Source of the DNA: an uncultured delta proteobacterium
GTDB taxonomy: Bacteria; Myxococcota_A; Polyangia; Palsa-1104
Direction: 5' to 3'
Length of the DNA: 64,000 nt
NCBI GenBank assembly: GCA_963785725.1
Contig: CAWAWS010000019.1
Span: 96,001 to 160,000, forward strand
A program made the position numbers and the translations under genes. A model generated the notes under the pieces. That model was not told the origin of the DNA. It worked only from the letters and a program-made list of their open reading frames with translations, and made no database searches. Below are positions 44,640 to 54,045 of this stretch, piece by piece; within the stretch, counting starts at the first letter, position 1, and every line of letters begins with the position of its first letter.

Positions 44640-45445
44640 GCCCCTACTCCGTCGAGATCGTCGGGTTCGTCGCCTTTGCCCTTGAGAATATCGGCCACGC
44701 GCGCGTCGCACGCTTCGGGCGTGTTGCCGCCGGGCTGACCGATGATGGCGCGGTAATATTCGCTCTCGGCGAACGCGTGCAGCGCCGCGATGCGCTCGGG
44801 CGACGCGTGGGTCTTGGTCAGCGCCGACGTCGAGACATCGAGGTCGCGCGTGCACAAAAGGCCGGCACGATCGATCGTCACCACCGCGCGCCGCTGCCAC
44901 GCTTGCAGCGCAGCTGTCGCCGGCGACACGATCCAGCGAACGTAGCGGGCCGCGAAGTGCTCCAAATAGTAGAGCGCCGTCGCCGGCAAGACATGCTGGT
45001 TTTGAATGCGTCCGAGCTGCCGTCCGACCGCGTCGACGAGCTCGGCGTCATTCAGATCTTCGACGAGCGCGCCCGACAAGACGAGATAGGCGTCATCCTC
45101 GGCACCCAACGTCTCGGCCGTCAGCGTGCGATCGGCCGCCGCGACATACGTCGTCGGCGCCGGCACGCGCAGCCGCTCGGCACACTTGGCCACCGCCGCG
45201 AACACGCGCGGCTCCTGCTTTTGCGTGACCTTGACCGCGCCCGCGAGTAATTCCGCGCGCGCCGCCGAGCGCCACAGCCGCTCGGTCGCCTCCAGCGCCA
45301 GCTTCACCGGCGCCAGTCGATCGAGCGCGCGCAACAGCCGCAGGTCGCCCGCATATGCGTACGCCGCGCCTTCGCGCGCCTGCGCTTGCAGCGCGCCGCG
45401 ACGGCGTTCCACGTAGCGTTGAAAGTCGAAGTCGATCGTCGCCAT
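44636..45445 (-). CDS. Peptidase M48-like protein, predicted inactive
   Basis: M48 scaffold with HExxH replaced by RQLGR and the E..DRAGLLC motif replaced by V..DRAGLLC. Confidence 0.75.
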   Translation of the reverse strand: MATIDFDFQRYVERRRGALQAQAREGAAYAYAGDLRLLRALDRLAPVKLALEATERLWRSAARAELLAGAVKVTQKQEPRVFAAVAKCAERLRVPAPTTYVAAADRTLTAETLGAEDDAYLVLSGALVEDLNDAELVDAVGRQLGRIQNQHVLPATALYYLEHFAARYVRWIVSPATAALQAWQRRAVVTIDRAGLLCTRDLDVSTSALTKTHASPERIAALHAFAESEYYRAIIGQPGGNTPEACDARVADILKGKGDEPDDLDGVGA

Positions 45446-45549
45446 GCCGTCGCGCGAGGTTAGCATGAACCCCACGAGCGGACGAATAGTCGCAACCGCA
45501 TCTACCTCTTACGCGGCGGCCGGCGACGATCTTCTACACGGCGGATTCG

Positions 45550-45843
45550 TTATGGATTCGGCGGCGAGACCGTCTCGGTGTTGGGCGGCGGGGTGATCGG
45601 GCTCGATTCGTCGGAGCCCTGCTGCGCGCTGTTGCTGCCGCCGATGCCGTCCGGCCCCGTCGACGAGCCCTGCTGGTTGCCCATACCGCCGCCAATGGAT
45701 GAGCCGCCGCCGTTGTTGTCGCTCGTGCCACCTTGCTGACTCATGGGCGTCGTCGTTTCGCCCGGCGTCTGCGTCGCGCCGTTGTTATGCGCGCACGCCA
45801 CCAAGAGCCCGCCCGCCAACGCCATACCGATCAGCTTTTTCAT
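45550..45843 (-). CDS. Small low-complexity lipoprotein
   Basis: MKK..LLVAC lipobox; GGAGG RBS. Confidence 0.75.
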   Translation of the reverse strand: MKKLIGMALAGGLLVACAHNNGATQTPGETTTPMSQQGGTSDNNGGGSSIGGGMGNQQGSSTGPDGIGGSNSAQQGSDESSPITPPPNTETVSPPNP

Positions 45844-45876
45844 CTCGAAGCCTCCGTTGTTTGTCCGTGGATCAAA

Positions 45877-45892
45877 TGCAACGGAGGTGCCG
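45877..45892 (-). promoter_or_regulatory. Sigma54 promoter
   Basis: CGGCAC-CTCCG-TTGCA. Confidence 0.7.
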
Positions 45893-45893
45893 G

Positions 45894-46400
45894 CTACGCG
45901 TTCGGTGACTTCTGCTTCTCGATCCAGCGACGGGTGACGCGCGCCGCGATGTCGTAGGAATCGCGCAGCTGCTCCATCATGAACTTCTCGATGCGCCCGC
46001 CGATGAGCGGCATCGACACCTTGACCTCGCCCTTGAACTCGCGCCGGCAGCGCTTGCCACCGTCGAGCGGCGTGACGATGTAATCGCCGTGCATGTTGAA
46101 GCGATCTTTGAACATGCCGGTCTCGATCTTGATCGTCATCTTGTTGGTGCCCCAGTCCATGTCGTCGATCTCGGTGTAGCCGGCCGACTTCACGACCGAC
46201 TGCAGGAACGACGGGATGGGCGTCGACGGCTCACACTGCTGCTCGCGATGAAAGTGCTTCCCGTCGTCCTCTTGCTTGAGGACTTTGTACTCTTTCATCT
46301 TCAGCTCGCCGAACAGATCCTTGTTGAAATCGGGCGCCAGGAACAGCTTCCAGTAGCTCTCGGAATCGATGTCGAACTCGTGTACGAAGCTGAAGTTCAT
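45894..46400 (-). CDS. DUF2505 / START-like protein
   Basis: F..HEFD....YW.LF, GEVKVSMPLIGGRIEKF; GGAGG RBS. Confidence 0.7.
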   Translation of the reverse strand: MNFSFVHEFDIDSESYWKLFLAPDFNKDLFGELKMKEYKVLKQEDDGKHFHREQQCEPSTPIPSFLQSVVKSAGYTEIDDMDWGTNKMTIKIETGMFKDRFNMHGDYIVTPLDGGKRCRREFKGEVKVSMPLIGGRIEKFMMEQLRDSYDIAARVTRRWIEKQKSPNA

Positions 46401-46464
46401 GTCGTCCTCCGCCGCGGACGGTAGCAAACTCCGCGTCCGTCGCAAACTCGCGTACGCAGCGACG

Positions 46465-47106
46465 CTAAACCGGCGGCCAGATGCCCATGGCGCGAAACCA
46501 GCGCGGCACGAGATACAGGCCGCGCGCCGGCTGCTTCGTCGTGCCGGCGGCGGTCTCGACGATCCAGCCGTCGCGCCACATGGCCGCCCACGTGTCGTAG
46601 TCGAAGGCGTGCGCGTGATGGCCGGCGACGAAGAAGTCGGCGCCGCGCGCCTCGACGAACATGAACAAGATGCGATCGCACTTGTCGAGCGGGTTCGAGC
46701 GCGGCGACAGCACGCCCAGCTTCACGCGCTCGACGACGCCGTCGCCGGCGACGGGCACGCTCTTGATCTCGGCCGCCGGATGGTCGGCCGTCATGCCCGG
46801 CACTTTGTTGCCGACGAGCAGCCGCTCGATGCCGTCGCCGACGCGCCCTTTGTGGCCGGCGGCGCCGCGCAACGGCACCTTCCTGCCGCGCAATTTGCCG
46901 GCGCGTTCGAGCAGCCACGCGAGCGTGTGCTCGGGCAGCACGTACTCCGACGGCGGCACGCGCCGGCCGAGCGAACGGGCGACGGCGCGTAAGGCCTCGG
47001 CGCGACCGGGCCACGGCTGCGTCCAGCGTTCGCGCCAAGCCAGCGTCAGCGCGGTGGCGTCATGTTGTAGTCGAGCGATGAAGGCGTCGGCTTCGTCGTC
47101 CGTCAT
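46465..47106 (-). CDS. MutH/Sau3AI-like PD-(D/E)xK endonuclease
   Basis: HKGRVGDGIERLL..ADH..EIKSVP..RGLYL resembles MutH KG..G..E..PD..ELKT.P; ATGA overlap. Confidence 0.6.
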   Translation of the reverse strand: MTDDEADAFIARLQHDATALTLAWRERWTQPWPGRAEALRAVARSLGRRVPPSEYVLPEHTLAWLLERAGKLRGRKVPLRGAAGHKGRVGDGIERLLVGNKVPGMTADHPAAEIKSVPVAGDGVVERVKLGVLSPRSNPLDKCDRILFMFVEARGADFFVAGHHAHAFDYDTWAAMWRDGWIVETAAGTTKQPARGLYLVPRWFRAMGIWPPV

Positions 47107-48080
47107 TCGCCGGCGGCGCGGTTTTGCTGCAGCGCCGACAGGTCGACGTGCGCCCGTCGCTGCACGTACAGGAGCGCGAGCGCGCCGATGATCACGGCGA
47201 ACCACAGCGTGCACATGCGCGTAATGAACGTCGCCGCCGCCGCCGTCGCTTTCGTCAGCCCACTCGCCTGCGCCATCAGCAGCTTGACCATGCCGATCTC
47301 TTGAACGCCTAGCCCGCCAGGCAAGAACGAGAGCGCGCCGGCGATCGTCATCGTCGCGTAGATGAACGTGCACAGTTTGATCGACGCGATGACGCCGGGA
47401 AAGCCGCGCAGCACGATCCAGAACGACAGGCACTCCGACATCCAGGCCACGAGCGACAACAGCGTCGCCAGCACCAGCGGCACCGGCGCCACCAGCGTGC
47501 GCGTCGCGGCGTAGAACTCGCGCAGCTTGGGCGCCAGCTTGCCGACCACCGGCACGGCGCCGACGAGCGTAATCACCGCCAGCGCCAGCTTCTCCGACGC
47601 GACGACCGCCACCGCGACGCCGACGAGCGCGAGCGCCACCCACGCCAGCCGTTCGCCGCCGGCCAGCGCGCCGACGCCGACGAGCGCGAGCAGCGCCAGC
47701 GCGACCAGATCGGTCAGCCGCTCGGCGACGACAATCGGCGCCGTGCGCGCCATCGGCACGCCGTGCGCCTCGCGCAGCAGATACGACTTCAGCACTTCGC
47801 CGACTTTGCCCGGCGTCACCGTGAGCGAGAAGCCGGAGAGGAAGATCGTCAGGCTATCGACGAAGGGAATGCGCACGCCGAGGCGCCGCAAATACAGCTC
47901 CCACTTGAGGTAGCGCAGGAAATAGTTGAACGCGGCCAGGCCGAGCGCGCACGCCGCCGTCGACCAGGCGTACGTGCGCAACGACTGCACGACGTCGGGA
48001 AGGCCGCTGTAACAGGCGAACGCGACGTAAAACAGCGCGCCGGCGACGATCGCCAGCGCCAGCGCGCGACTGAGCTTCAC
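47103..48080 (-). CDS. Lysylphosphatidylglycerol synthase TM / UPF0104 flippase-like protein
   Basis: TPGKVGEVLK, ERLTDL, PGGLGVQE; multiple TM helices. Confidence 0.85.
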   Translation of the reverse strand: MKLSRALALAIVAGALFYVAFACYSGLPDVVQSLRTYAWSTAACALGLAAFNYFLRYLKWELYLRRLGVRIPFVDSLTIFLSGFSLTVTPGKVGEVLKSYLLREAHGVPMARTAPIVVAERLTDLVALALLALVGVGALAGGERLAWVALALVGVAVAVVASEKLALAVITLVGAVPVVGKLAPKLREFYAATRTLVAPVPLVLATLLSLVAWMSECLSFWIVLRGFPGVIASIKLCTFIYATMTIAGALSFLPGGLGVQEIGMVKLLMAQASGLTKATAAAATFITRMCTLWFAVIIGALALLYVQRRAHVDLSALQQNRAAGE

Positions 48081-48174
48081 GCGTGAATTCGTGCCGGAAG
48101 TGCGCGGCGCGCGTCGGTCGAGCGAGTCATGGCGCGCAATCTACCGCGATCGCGAGAGCGGCGCCAAGCGTCGG

Positions 48175-48360
48175 TTAGTCGTGATCGGCGAGATCGTGCG
48201 ACGCCATGTCGGTCGACTTCGCCAGGCTCAAATCACCGGTGGTGCTGGCCGTCATGTCGTTGGCGTTCGTGTTGGTCGTATCATCGCTGCAGCCGACGAT
48301 GGTGGCGCCGGCGACGAACGAAACCGAAACCAGAAGAGCAATCCGCACAAATCGAAGCAC
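48175..48360 (-). CDS. Small lipoprotein with DM/DL repeats
   Basis: Signal peptide ending IVGC; GGAGG RBS; sigma54 promoter upstream. Confidence 0.7.
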   Translation of the reverse strand: MLRFVRIALLVSVSFVAGATIVGCSDDTTNTNANDMTASTTGDLSLAKSTDMASHDLADHD

Positions 48361-48390
48361 GAGGAACCTCCAAGTTATCCTCGATTACTA

Positions 48391-48406
48391 AGCAAGGCTG
48401 ATGCCG
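48391..48406 (-). promoter_or_regulatory. Sigma54 promoter
   Basis: CGGCAT-CAGCC-TTGCT. Confidence 0.65.
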
Positions 48407-48498
48407 AGCGGATCTACGCGGAAGTCCGCAGGCGCACATCGGTGCAGTCTGACATCTGTGTCTTGACGGGCCTCAGTCAGCCGGCTAGCGTCGTTGCA

Positions 48499-48891
48499 AT
48501 GTCCAGCAAGAAGGCTGTGATCCTCATCGCCGACGACGATCCCGAGATCTTGACCATGCTCGGGATTCGCTTGTCGAAAAAAGGCTATGAGGTGCTCGAG
48601 GCGGTCGATGGCAACCAAACGCTCAATCTAGCCCGCAAACATCATCCCGACCTGGTGCTGCTCGACGTCATGATGCCCGGCCGCAACGGCTGGGAAGTGG
48701 CGAAAGAGCTGCGTTCCGACGACGAGTTCGCCAACCTCGGCATCGTCATGCTGACAGCGATCGGCGAGAAAGTGAACGAGATGACGTCGCCGCTGTACGG
48801 CGCCGATGCCTATGTCGACAAGCCGTTCGACTTCTCGGAGCTGGAAACGAAGATCAAAGAAGTGCTCGCCGCGCGCGCGAAGCTCTCGTAA
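48499..48891 (+). CDS. Single-domain response regulator
   Basis: ILIADDD, LLDVMMPG, MLTA, YVDKPF. Confidence 0.92.
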   Translation: MSSKKAVILIADDDPEILTMLGIRLSKKGYEVLEAVDGNQTLNLARKHHPDLVLLDVMMPGRNGWEVAKELRSDDEFANLGIVMLTAIGEKVNEMTSPLYGADAYVDKPFDFSELETKIKEVLAARAKLS

Positions 48892-48963
48892 TCCCGCCTC
48901 GCTCCGCCCTTTCGTTCGACCGATTCCCGACCACGTTCGCGACGAAGGCGTCGCCGGCCGTCG

Positions 48964-49623
48964 CTATTTCTCGCGATAGGTCGTGCCGAAGAGCGCGTCG
49001 CAGATCGGGAACGTGATGTTGAAGTTGTGCTTTTGCATGTGCGCGTGATCGTGATGGGTCCGGTGATGACCGCGCAACGTCCGCACCAACCACAAGCGGC
49101 CGATGAAGCTGTCGGGCGGCTGGTGATAGGCGAAATGCAGCCATTCGTAGGTCAAGAAGTAGCCAATCGCGGTCGCCACGAACAAGCGCGCGATATTCGC
49201 CGTCGTCAGCCACGCCAATAACGCGCCCACCGGCAGCGCGAACAGGCCGAAGAAGAAGACGATCAAGACCGGCGGAAACAGCACCATGTAATAGTCGCGC
49301 GGCGATTCGGCGGCCATCGCGTCGTGGCGATAGTAGTTGTGATGCGACGGCGTGTGGCGCTCGAAGACCATGGAAAAGCCGCGAATTCGATGGTGCATGA
49401 CGCCTTTGTGCCCGCGATATTCGACGTAATTCGCGAACAGAAACGTCAGCGGAATGGTCAGCAATTCGAGCGCGTGAAGATCGCGAATGCGCGTGATCGA
49501 ATAGGCGATGACCGATAGCGAAACGATCGACGTGAACGCGAAATGGGCGCGTCCCGAGTAGCGCGGCGAGATGTACTTCGCGGCGAATCGCGCGCGAAAT
49601 TCGGCGACGTCAGGCGGCAGCAT
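48964..49623 (-). CDS. Sterol desaturase / fatty acid hydroxylase family
   Basis: His boxes H..VMH, HTPSHH, EWLHFAYH, HHRTHH; D.LFGT. Confidence 0.85.
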   Translation of the reverse strand: MLPPDVAEFRARFAAKYISPRYSGRAHFAFTSIVSLSVIAYSITRIRDLHALELLTIPLTFLFANYVEYRGHKGVMHHRIRGFSMVFERHTPSHHNYYRHDAMAAESPRDYYMVLFPPVLIVFFFGLFALPVGALLAWLTTANIARLFVATAIGYFLTYEWLHFAYHQPPDSFIGRLWLVRTLRGHHRTHHDHAHMQKHNFNITFPICDALFGTTYREK

Positions 49624-50860
49624 TCGCCGGCGCCTTCGGCAATAAGCGGAAGAGCATGGCCAAGGCGGCGATGCCGATGATGTTGAGCGCGGCGTCGACG
49701 CCGAGCAGGCCGCGCGCGCCGCGCCAGTGGTGGAAGCGCGTGTCGACGAGGCCGACGTAGGCGATGGCGGTGTTGCCGGCGGAGACGAAGAGCTGATACT
49801 GCGTCGACGCGGCGGCGCCGCCGGTGCCGATGGACTCGAGCACGACCGACGAGAACGACGCGTAGCAGAAGCCGGCGACGAACAAGTAGGCGCTGACACC
49901 GATGCCGTAGGTCGGCGGCGTCAGTGGCGCGAGCATCATGGCGACGCCGCAGACCGCGGTCAAAAAGCCGGACAAGAGGTACATGGCGCGGCGGTTGACG
50001 CGATCGCAGACGTAGCCGCCGATGAGCGAGCCGGCGCCGGTGACGAGGCCGTTGACGGGGCCGTTGATGAAGCCGGCCATCGCGTCCGACGCGTGATAGT
50101 CGACGGCCAGCGCCGAGAAATAATTGAGCAGCGCCGCGGTGCCGACGGGCGAGATGCAGAACAGCATGCCCGACCAGCCCGGCCGCGAACGGGCGACGCG
50201 CGCCACGTCGCGCCACAGCGACAAGAACACCGCGGCGACGCGGCGCCGTGGATGCGCCGGCTCGACGATCGTCAGCACCGCCAGCGACGGCAAGATCATC
50301 ATCGCCGCCAGCGCCAGACCGACGGTGAGCGGCTGACAGCGCTCGGCCAACGACAGCGTCAGCCAGGCGCCGAGCGCGCCGCCGGTCAAGTTGCCGAGGT
50401 TGAGCCAGCCCGCCGTGGCGCCGCGTTTTTCGTCGGGAATCGAGGTGGCGATGAGACCGCCGTTACAGCTGGAGATGAGGCCGGACATGACGCTGGCGGC
50501 GAAGATGAGGCCGACATAGCTGTTGATGCGCGACGGCAGCGGCATCGTCAGCGCCAGGCACAAGCAGATCGCGCTCAGCGTCGCGAAGAGCACGAGCCAA
50601 TGTTTGCGCTTCGGTCCGATGTCGACGAGCGGCGTGTACAAGAACGCCAGCGCCGACGGAATGTAGAGCGCGGCGCCGTACCAGCCGATGTTCTCGACGG
50701 AGATGCCCGCTTTGCGCGTGAAAAACGGCATCGTCGAGGCCACGAAGCCGGCGGAGATTCCGTAGGGCATGGCGGTGATGCCGAAGATCCACGATGGCGG
50801 CACGGCTGCATCCGCGCTGGGCAAGCGTAGGTTGTCGTCGCGCATCGTCGGTGTCATCAT
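49610..50860 (-). CDS. MFS transporter (AmpG-like)
   Basis: About 12 hydrophobic helices; FLYTPLVD..KRKHW. Confidence 0.8.
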   Translation of the reverse strand: MMTPTMRDDNLRLPSADAAVPPSWIFGITAMPYGISAGFVASTMPFFTRKAGISVENIGWYGAALYIPSALAFLYTPLVDIGPKRKHWLVLFATLSAICLCLALTMPLPSRINSYVGLIFAASVMSGLISSCNGGLIATSIPDEKRGATAGWLNLGNLTGGALGAWLTLSLAERCQPLTVGLALAAMMILPSLAVLTIVEPAHPRRRVAAVFLSLWRDVARVARSRPGWSGMLFCISPVGTAALLNYFSALAVDYHASDAMAGFINGPVNGLVTGAGSLIGGYVCDRVNRRAMYLLSGFLTAVCGVAMMLAPLTPPTYGIGVSAYLFVAGFCYASFSSVVLESIGTGGAAASTQYQLFVSAGNTAIAYVGLVDTRFHHWRGARGLLGVDAALNIIGIAALAMLFRLLPKAPANAAA

Positions 50861-50877
50861 GAAGGCCCACGGCCGCA

Positions 50878-51465
50878 ATGAGCAACGACGAAAAGAAGGG
50901 CGTATCCCGGCGAGATCTGTTGACGTTCTGGCGTAAACCGCTGGAAACGGTGGCCAAGACGGTGCGTCCGCCGGAGCCGCTGCCGGTGCCGATTCGCCGG
51001 CCGCCGCCGCTGCGCCCGCCGGGAATGCTGCAGGAGCTGCTGCTGGTCAAGCACTGCGCGCACTGCAACTTGTGCGTCCAAGCCTGCCCTGCCGACGCCA
51101 TCTTTTCGCTCGGCGCCGATTGGGGCGCGGCCGCGGGCACGCCGGCGATCGACGCGCGCAAGCAGCCGTGCGTGCTCTGCGACGGCTTGAAGTGCACGCA
51201 CGTCTGTCCGTCGAGCGCGCTGTTGCCGACCTACGTCAACCACGACGTTACGATGGGCACCGCGCGCGTCGATACGAAGACGTGCCTGACGTACCAAGGC
51301 CAGCCGTGCACGGCCTGCAAAGACCACTGTCCGCAAGTGGGCGCACTGACGTTCGACGAGGTCGGTCACTTGCAAGTCGACCCGCTCAAGTGCGTCGGCT
51401 GCGGCTTGTGCGAGCACTACTGCCCCACCGAGCCGCAATCGATCCGCGCCATTCCGCGAGATTGA
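50878..51465 (+). CDS. Multi-[4Fe-4S] ferredoxin, NapF/NapG/MauM family
   Basis: LRPPG, four CxxCxxCxxxCP-type clusters, N-terminal SRRDLL. Confidence 0.85.
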   Translation: MSNDEKKGVSRRDLLTFWRKPLETVAKTVRPPEPLPVPIRRPPPLRPPGMLQELLLVKHCAHCNLCVQACPADAIFSLGADWGAAAGTPAIDARKQPCVLCDGLKCTHVCPSSALLPTYVNHDVTMGTARVDTKTCLTYQGQPCTACKDHCPQVGALTFDEVGHLQVDPLKCVGCGLCEHYCPTEPQSIRAIPRD

Positions 51466-51467
51466 AC

Positions 51468-52289
51468 GTGCAGACGGTCGTCGACGCGCTCACGCATCCG
51501 CATCCGTGTCGCTGCGATTGCTTCGCGACGTTGACGCTCGAGGAGCGCGTGCGCGGCATCGAGGCGCTCTATCGCATCGACGACATCCTGCGCGGCTGGA
51601 ATTACCAGCCGATCTACGATCTCGCCGCCGACGGGCTCTATCGCCGCGCGCAGCGCGAGAACGATCCCAAGTATCGCGGCATCCCCATGCGCGACGACGC
51701 CTGCGTCTACCGTCGCCTCGTCGGTTTCGCCGTGCACGAGCTCATCCACGCGCTCGAAGGCGATCCGACGCAAGCCAACTACGGCATCGCGTGGGGCGCG
51801 CCCTATTGCGTGCCGGTCGAGTTACCCGAAGGCCAAGAAGCCGAGTTCTTGCACCGCTTCAACGTCGGCGAGGCGCGCGCCTTCACCGGCCTCGCTCCCG
51901 TCGCCAAGGCGCTCTTCGGCATCGACTACGCCGTCTACAGCGCGCGCGACGTCGGCACCTACGGCTTCGTCGGCGGCAACGCCATCGTCGAGCCGCCGCG
52001 CGGCTGCCGTCCGGTGCCGCATTGGGACTCGAATCATCATCCGCGCGAATATCGCCAGCTGGCGCGCGCGCTCGAAGCCGCCGAACGCGACGTGTTCGAC
52101 GACGCGCGGCTCGCCGACTACGCCGCGCGCATCGCGCCCGCCGAGGCCCGCGGCCGCGCCGCCCGCAAGACGAAGTACCCGCCCGCGACCGATCTCGCGC
52201 GGATCACGCCCAAATTACCCGGCCGCAACGATCCCTGCTTGTGCGGCTCCGGCGCCAAATTCAAGAAGTGCCACGGCGCGAACGCCTGA
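51468..52289 (+). CDS. HExxH-containing protein with C-terminal SEC-C motif
   Basis: VHELIH; GRNDPCLCGSGAKFKKCH. Confidence 0.75.
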   Translation: MQTVVDALTHPHPCRCDCFATLTLEERVRGIEALYRIDDILRGWNYQPIYDLAADGLYRRAQRENDPKYRGIPMRDDACVYRRLVGFAVHELIHALEGDPTQANYGIAWGAPYCVPVELPEGQEAEFLHRFNVGEARAFTGLAPVAKALFGIDYAVYSARDVGTYGFVGGNAIVEPPRGCRPVPHWDSNHHPREYRQLARALEAAERDVFDDARLADYAARIAPAEARGRAARKTKYPPATDLARITPKLPGRNDPCLCGSGAKFKKCHGANA

Positions 52290-52330
52290 CGCCGGCAGCG
52301 ACAACGCGGCGATTGGGCCGCTCGCGAAGC

Positions 52331-53044
52331 TCAGGCGCTGGGACGAACGGTCTGCAGGAACGTCTCGGTTCCCTTGCGCAGATAGGCGTCGGCGATTTTG
52401 GAGGCCGCTTCGCCCTCTTTGCTGCTGATCGCCTTCAGCAGATCCTTGTGATGCTTGCGCACGGCCTGGCCCGGCGGATTGAACTGCGCGAAAAACGGCG
52501 CGTACGACAACACCGCCGACCGAATCGTGTTGATGAGCAGCTGCATGACGCGATTTCGCCCCGCGTGCGCCATCGCCACGTAAAACTCGAAGTCGACCTT
52601 GAGCAGCTCGTTCAAGTCGAGCTGCGGATCGGTCGCCTGCTCCGCGATCGACTCCAGCTTCTTCAGATCGTCGGCATCGGCGCGCTCCGCCGCTTGCCGC
52701 GCCACTTCGCGACCGAACCAGCGGCGAAAGTCGAGCATGTCGGTCAAGACGTCGAGGTTGGGCAGCCCATCGCCCGAGATCAGGTGCGACACTAGCTCGA
52801 CGCCCGCCGTCTGCATGAAGTCGAGCACGCGCGTGCCGTCGCCTTGGCGGGTCTTCACCAAACCCATGTGCTCCAAGGACTTGATGGCCTCGCGCAGCGA
52901 CGCGCGATTGACGCCGAGCTCTTCGGCGAGCTTGCGCTCGGGCGGCAGCTTGTCGCCGACCTTGTACTCGCCGCGTAGGATGAGTCCGCGCAGCTGCTGG
53001 ACAATTTCCTCAGCAACCCTCGGTTTTCCCACCGGTCTGAACAT
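52331..53044 (-). CDS. FadR/GntR family transcriptional regulator
   Basis: GDKLPPERKLAEELGVNRASLREA..RQGDGT. Confidence 0.93.
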   Translation of the reverse strand: MFRPVGKPRVAEEIVQQLRGLILRGEYKVGDKLPPERKLAEELGVNRASLREAIKSLEHMGLVKTRQGDGTRVLDFMQTAGVELVSHLISGDGLPNLDVLTDMLDFRRWFGREVARQAAERADADDLKKLESIAEQATDPQLDLNELLKVDFEFYVAMAHAGRNRVMQLLINTIRSAVLSYAPFFAQFNPPGQAVRKHHKDLLKAISSKEGEAASKIADAYLRKGTETFLQTVRPSA

Positions 53045-53111
53045 CGGACCGAGATGCTAGCCGAAGTCCCTACCCTTGGGAACTTGAAACCAGCGACGCG
53101 CGACCATTATA

Positions 53112-54023
53112 ATGGGTGCTTCGATGTGGCGTTTGGCCTTCATTGCCTTCGCATTTCTGTCGTTCAGCGCTGTCGGCTGCACCGGCCGCGACGGCGTGCA
53201 TGACGCCGGCGACAGCGCGCGCGGCATGGTCAAGGTCGGCCTCTCGTACACGCACACGGTCGGCACGCCCGCGTCCGACGTGCAGTTCGACGCGCAGGCG
53301 CGCTTCGTCCGTTATCGCGCGTTCGATCCGGCGAGCGTCCCGACCATCCTCGGTTTCGCCGACTTCGACGCGGTTCCGCTCGATAGTTGCAAGGTTTCCG
53401 ACGGCACCGCCGAGCTCGACGATGCGCTCGCCGCCGACGGCGTCGGCCCGGCCGCCGAAGTCGCGCTGCTCGACGCCGGTCGCCTCGACGTGCGCGGCCC
53501 GGTCAATCGCGGCACGCTGAGCCAGAGTCATTATCCCGAGCTCGTCCCGTTCGTCTCCGGCGTCGTCTACGGCGTCGAATCGGCGACGCCGGTGTCGCTC
53601 GGCCTCGGTCAGCCGTATCAAGTCAGCGGCGAAGGCGGCGCCGAAGTGGGCGCGTTCGCCGCGCAAGTGACCGCGCCGCGTGCGTTTCCGTCGCTGGTCG
53701 AGCGCACGCTGATCTTGCGTCATGGCGACGATCTCGATCTACGCTGGGCCACCGAAGCGCAACCGTCGACGGAGCCGCTGCTCATCGAGGTCAAGTGGAC
53801 GTCGCGCACGAGCACGCGCGCCATTCGCTGCCGCGCCCGCGACGACGGCTTCTTCAGCGTTCCGCACGACGACTTCGACGGGCTGCCGCCGGCGAGCGCG
53901 CTGTCGAGCTTCACGGTCACCGCGTCGCGCCTGGCGCGCGGGCCGTTGGCGGCGCCCGGCGCCGGTCGCGGCGAGCTCACCGTCGCGCTCAAAGACACGG
54001 CCGCGCTTCAGGTCTCGCCGTGA
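53112..54023 (+). CDS. Hypothetical lipoprotein
   Basis: Signal peptide with SAVGC; long ORF; start may be 53124. Confidence 0.7.
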   Translation: MGASMWRLAFIAFAFLSFSAVGCTGRDGVHDAGDSARGMVKVGLSYTHTVGTPASDVQFDAQARFVRYRAFDPASVPTILGFADFDAVPLDSCKVSDGTAELDDALAADGVGPAAEVALLDAGRLDVRGPVNRGTLSQSHYPELVPFVSGVVYGVESATPVSLGLGQPYQVSGEGGAEVGAFAAQVTAPRAFPSLVERTLILRHGDDLDLRWATEAQPSTEPLLIEVKWTSRTSTRAIRCRARDDGFFSVPHDDFDGLPPASALSSFTVTASRLARGPLAAPGAGRGELTVALKDTAALQVSP

Positions 54024-54045
54024 GTCGCGGCCTGAGCGATCGTCG

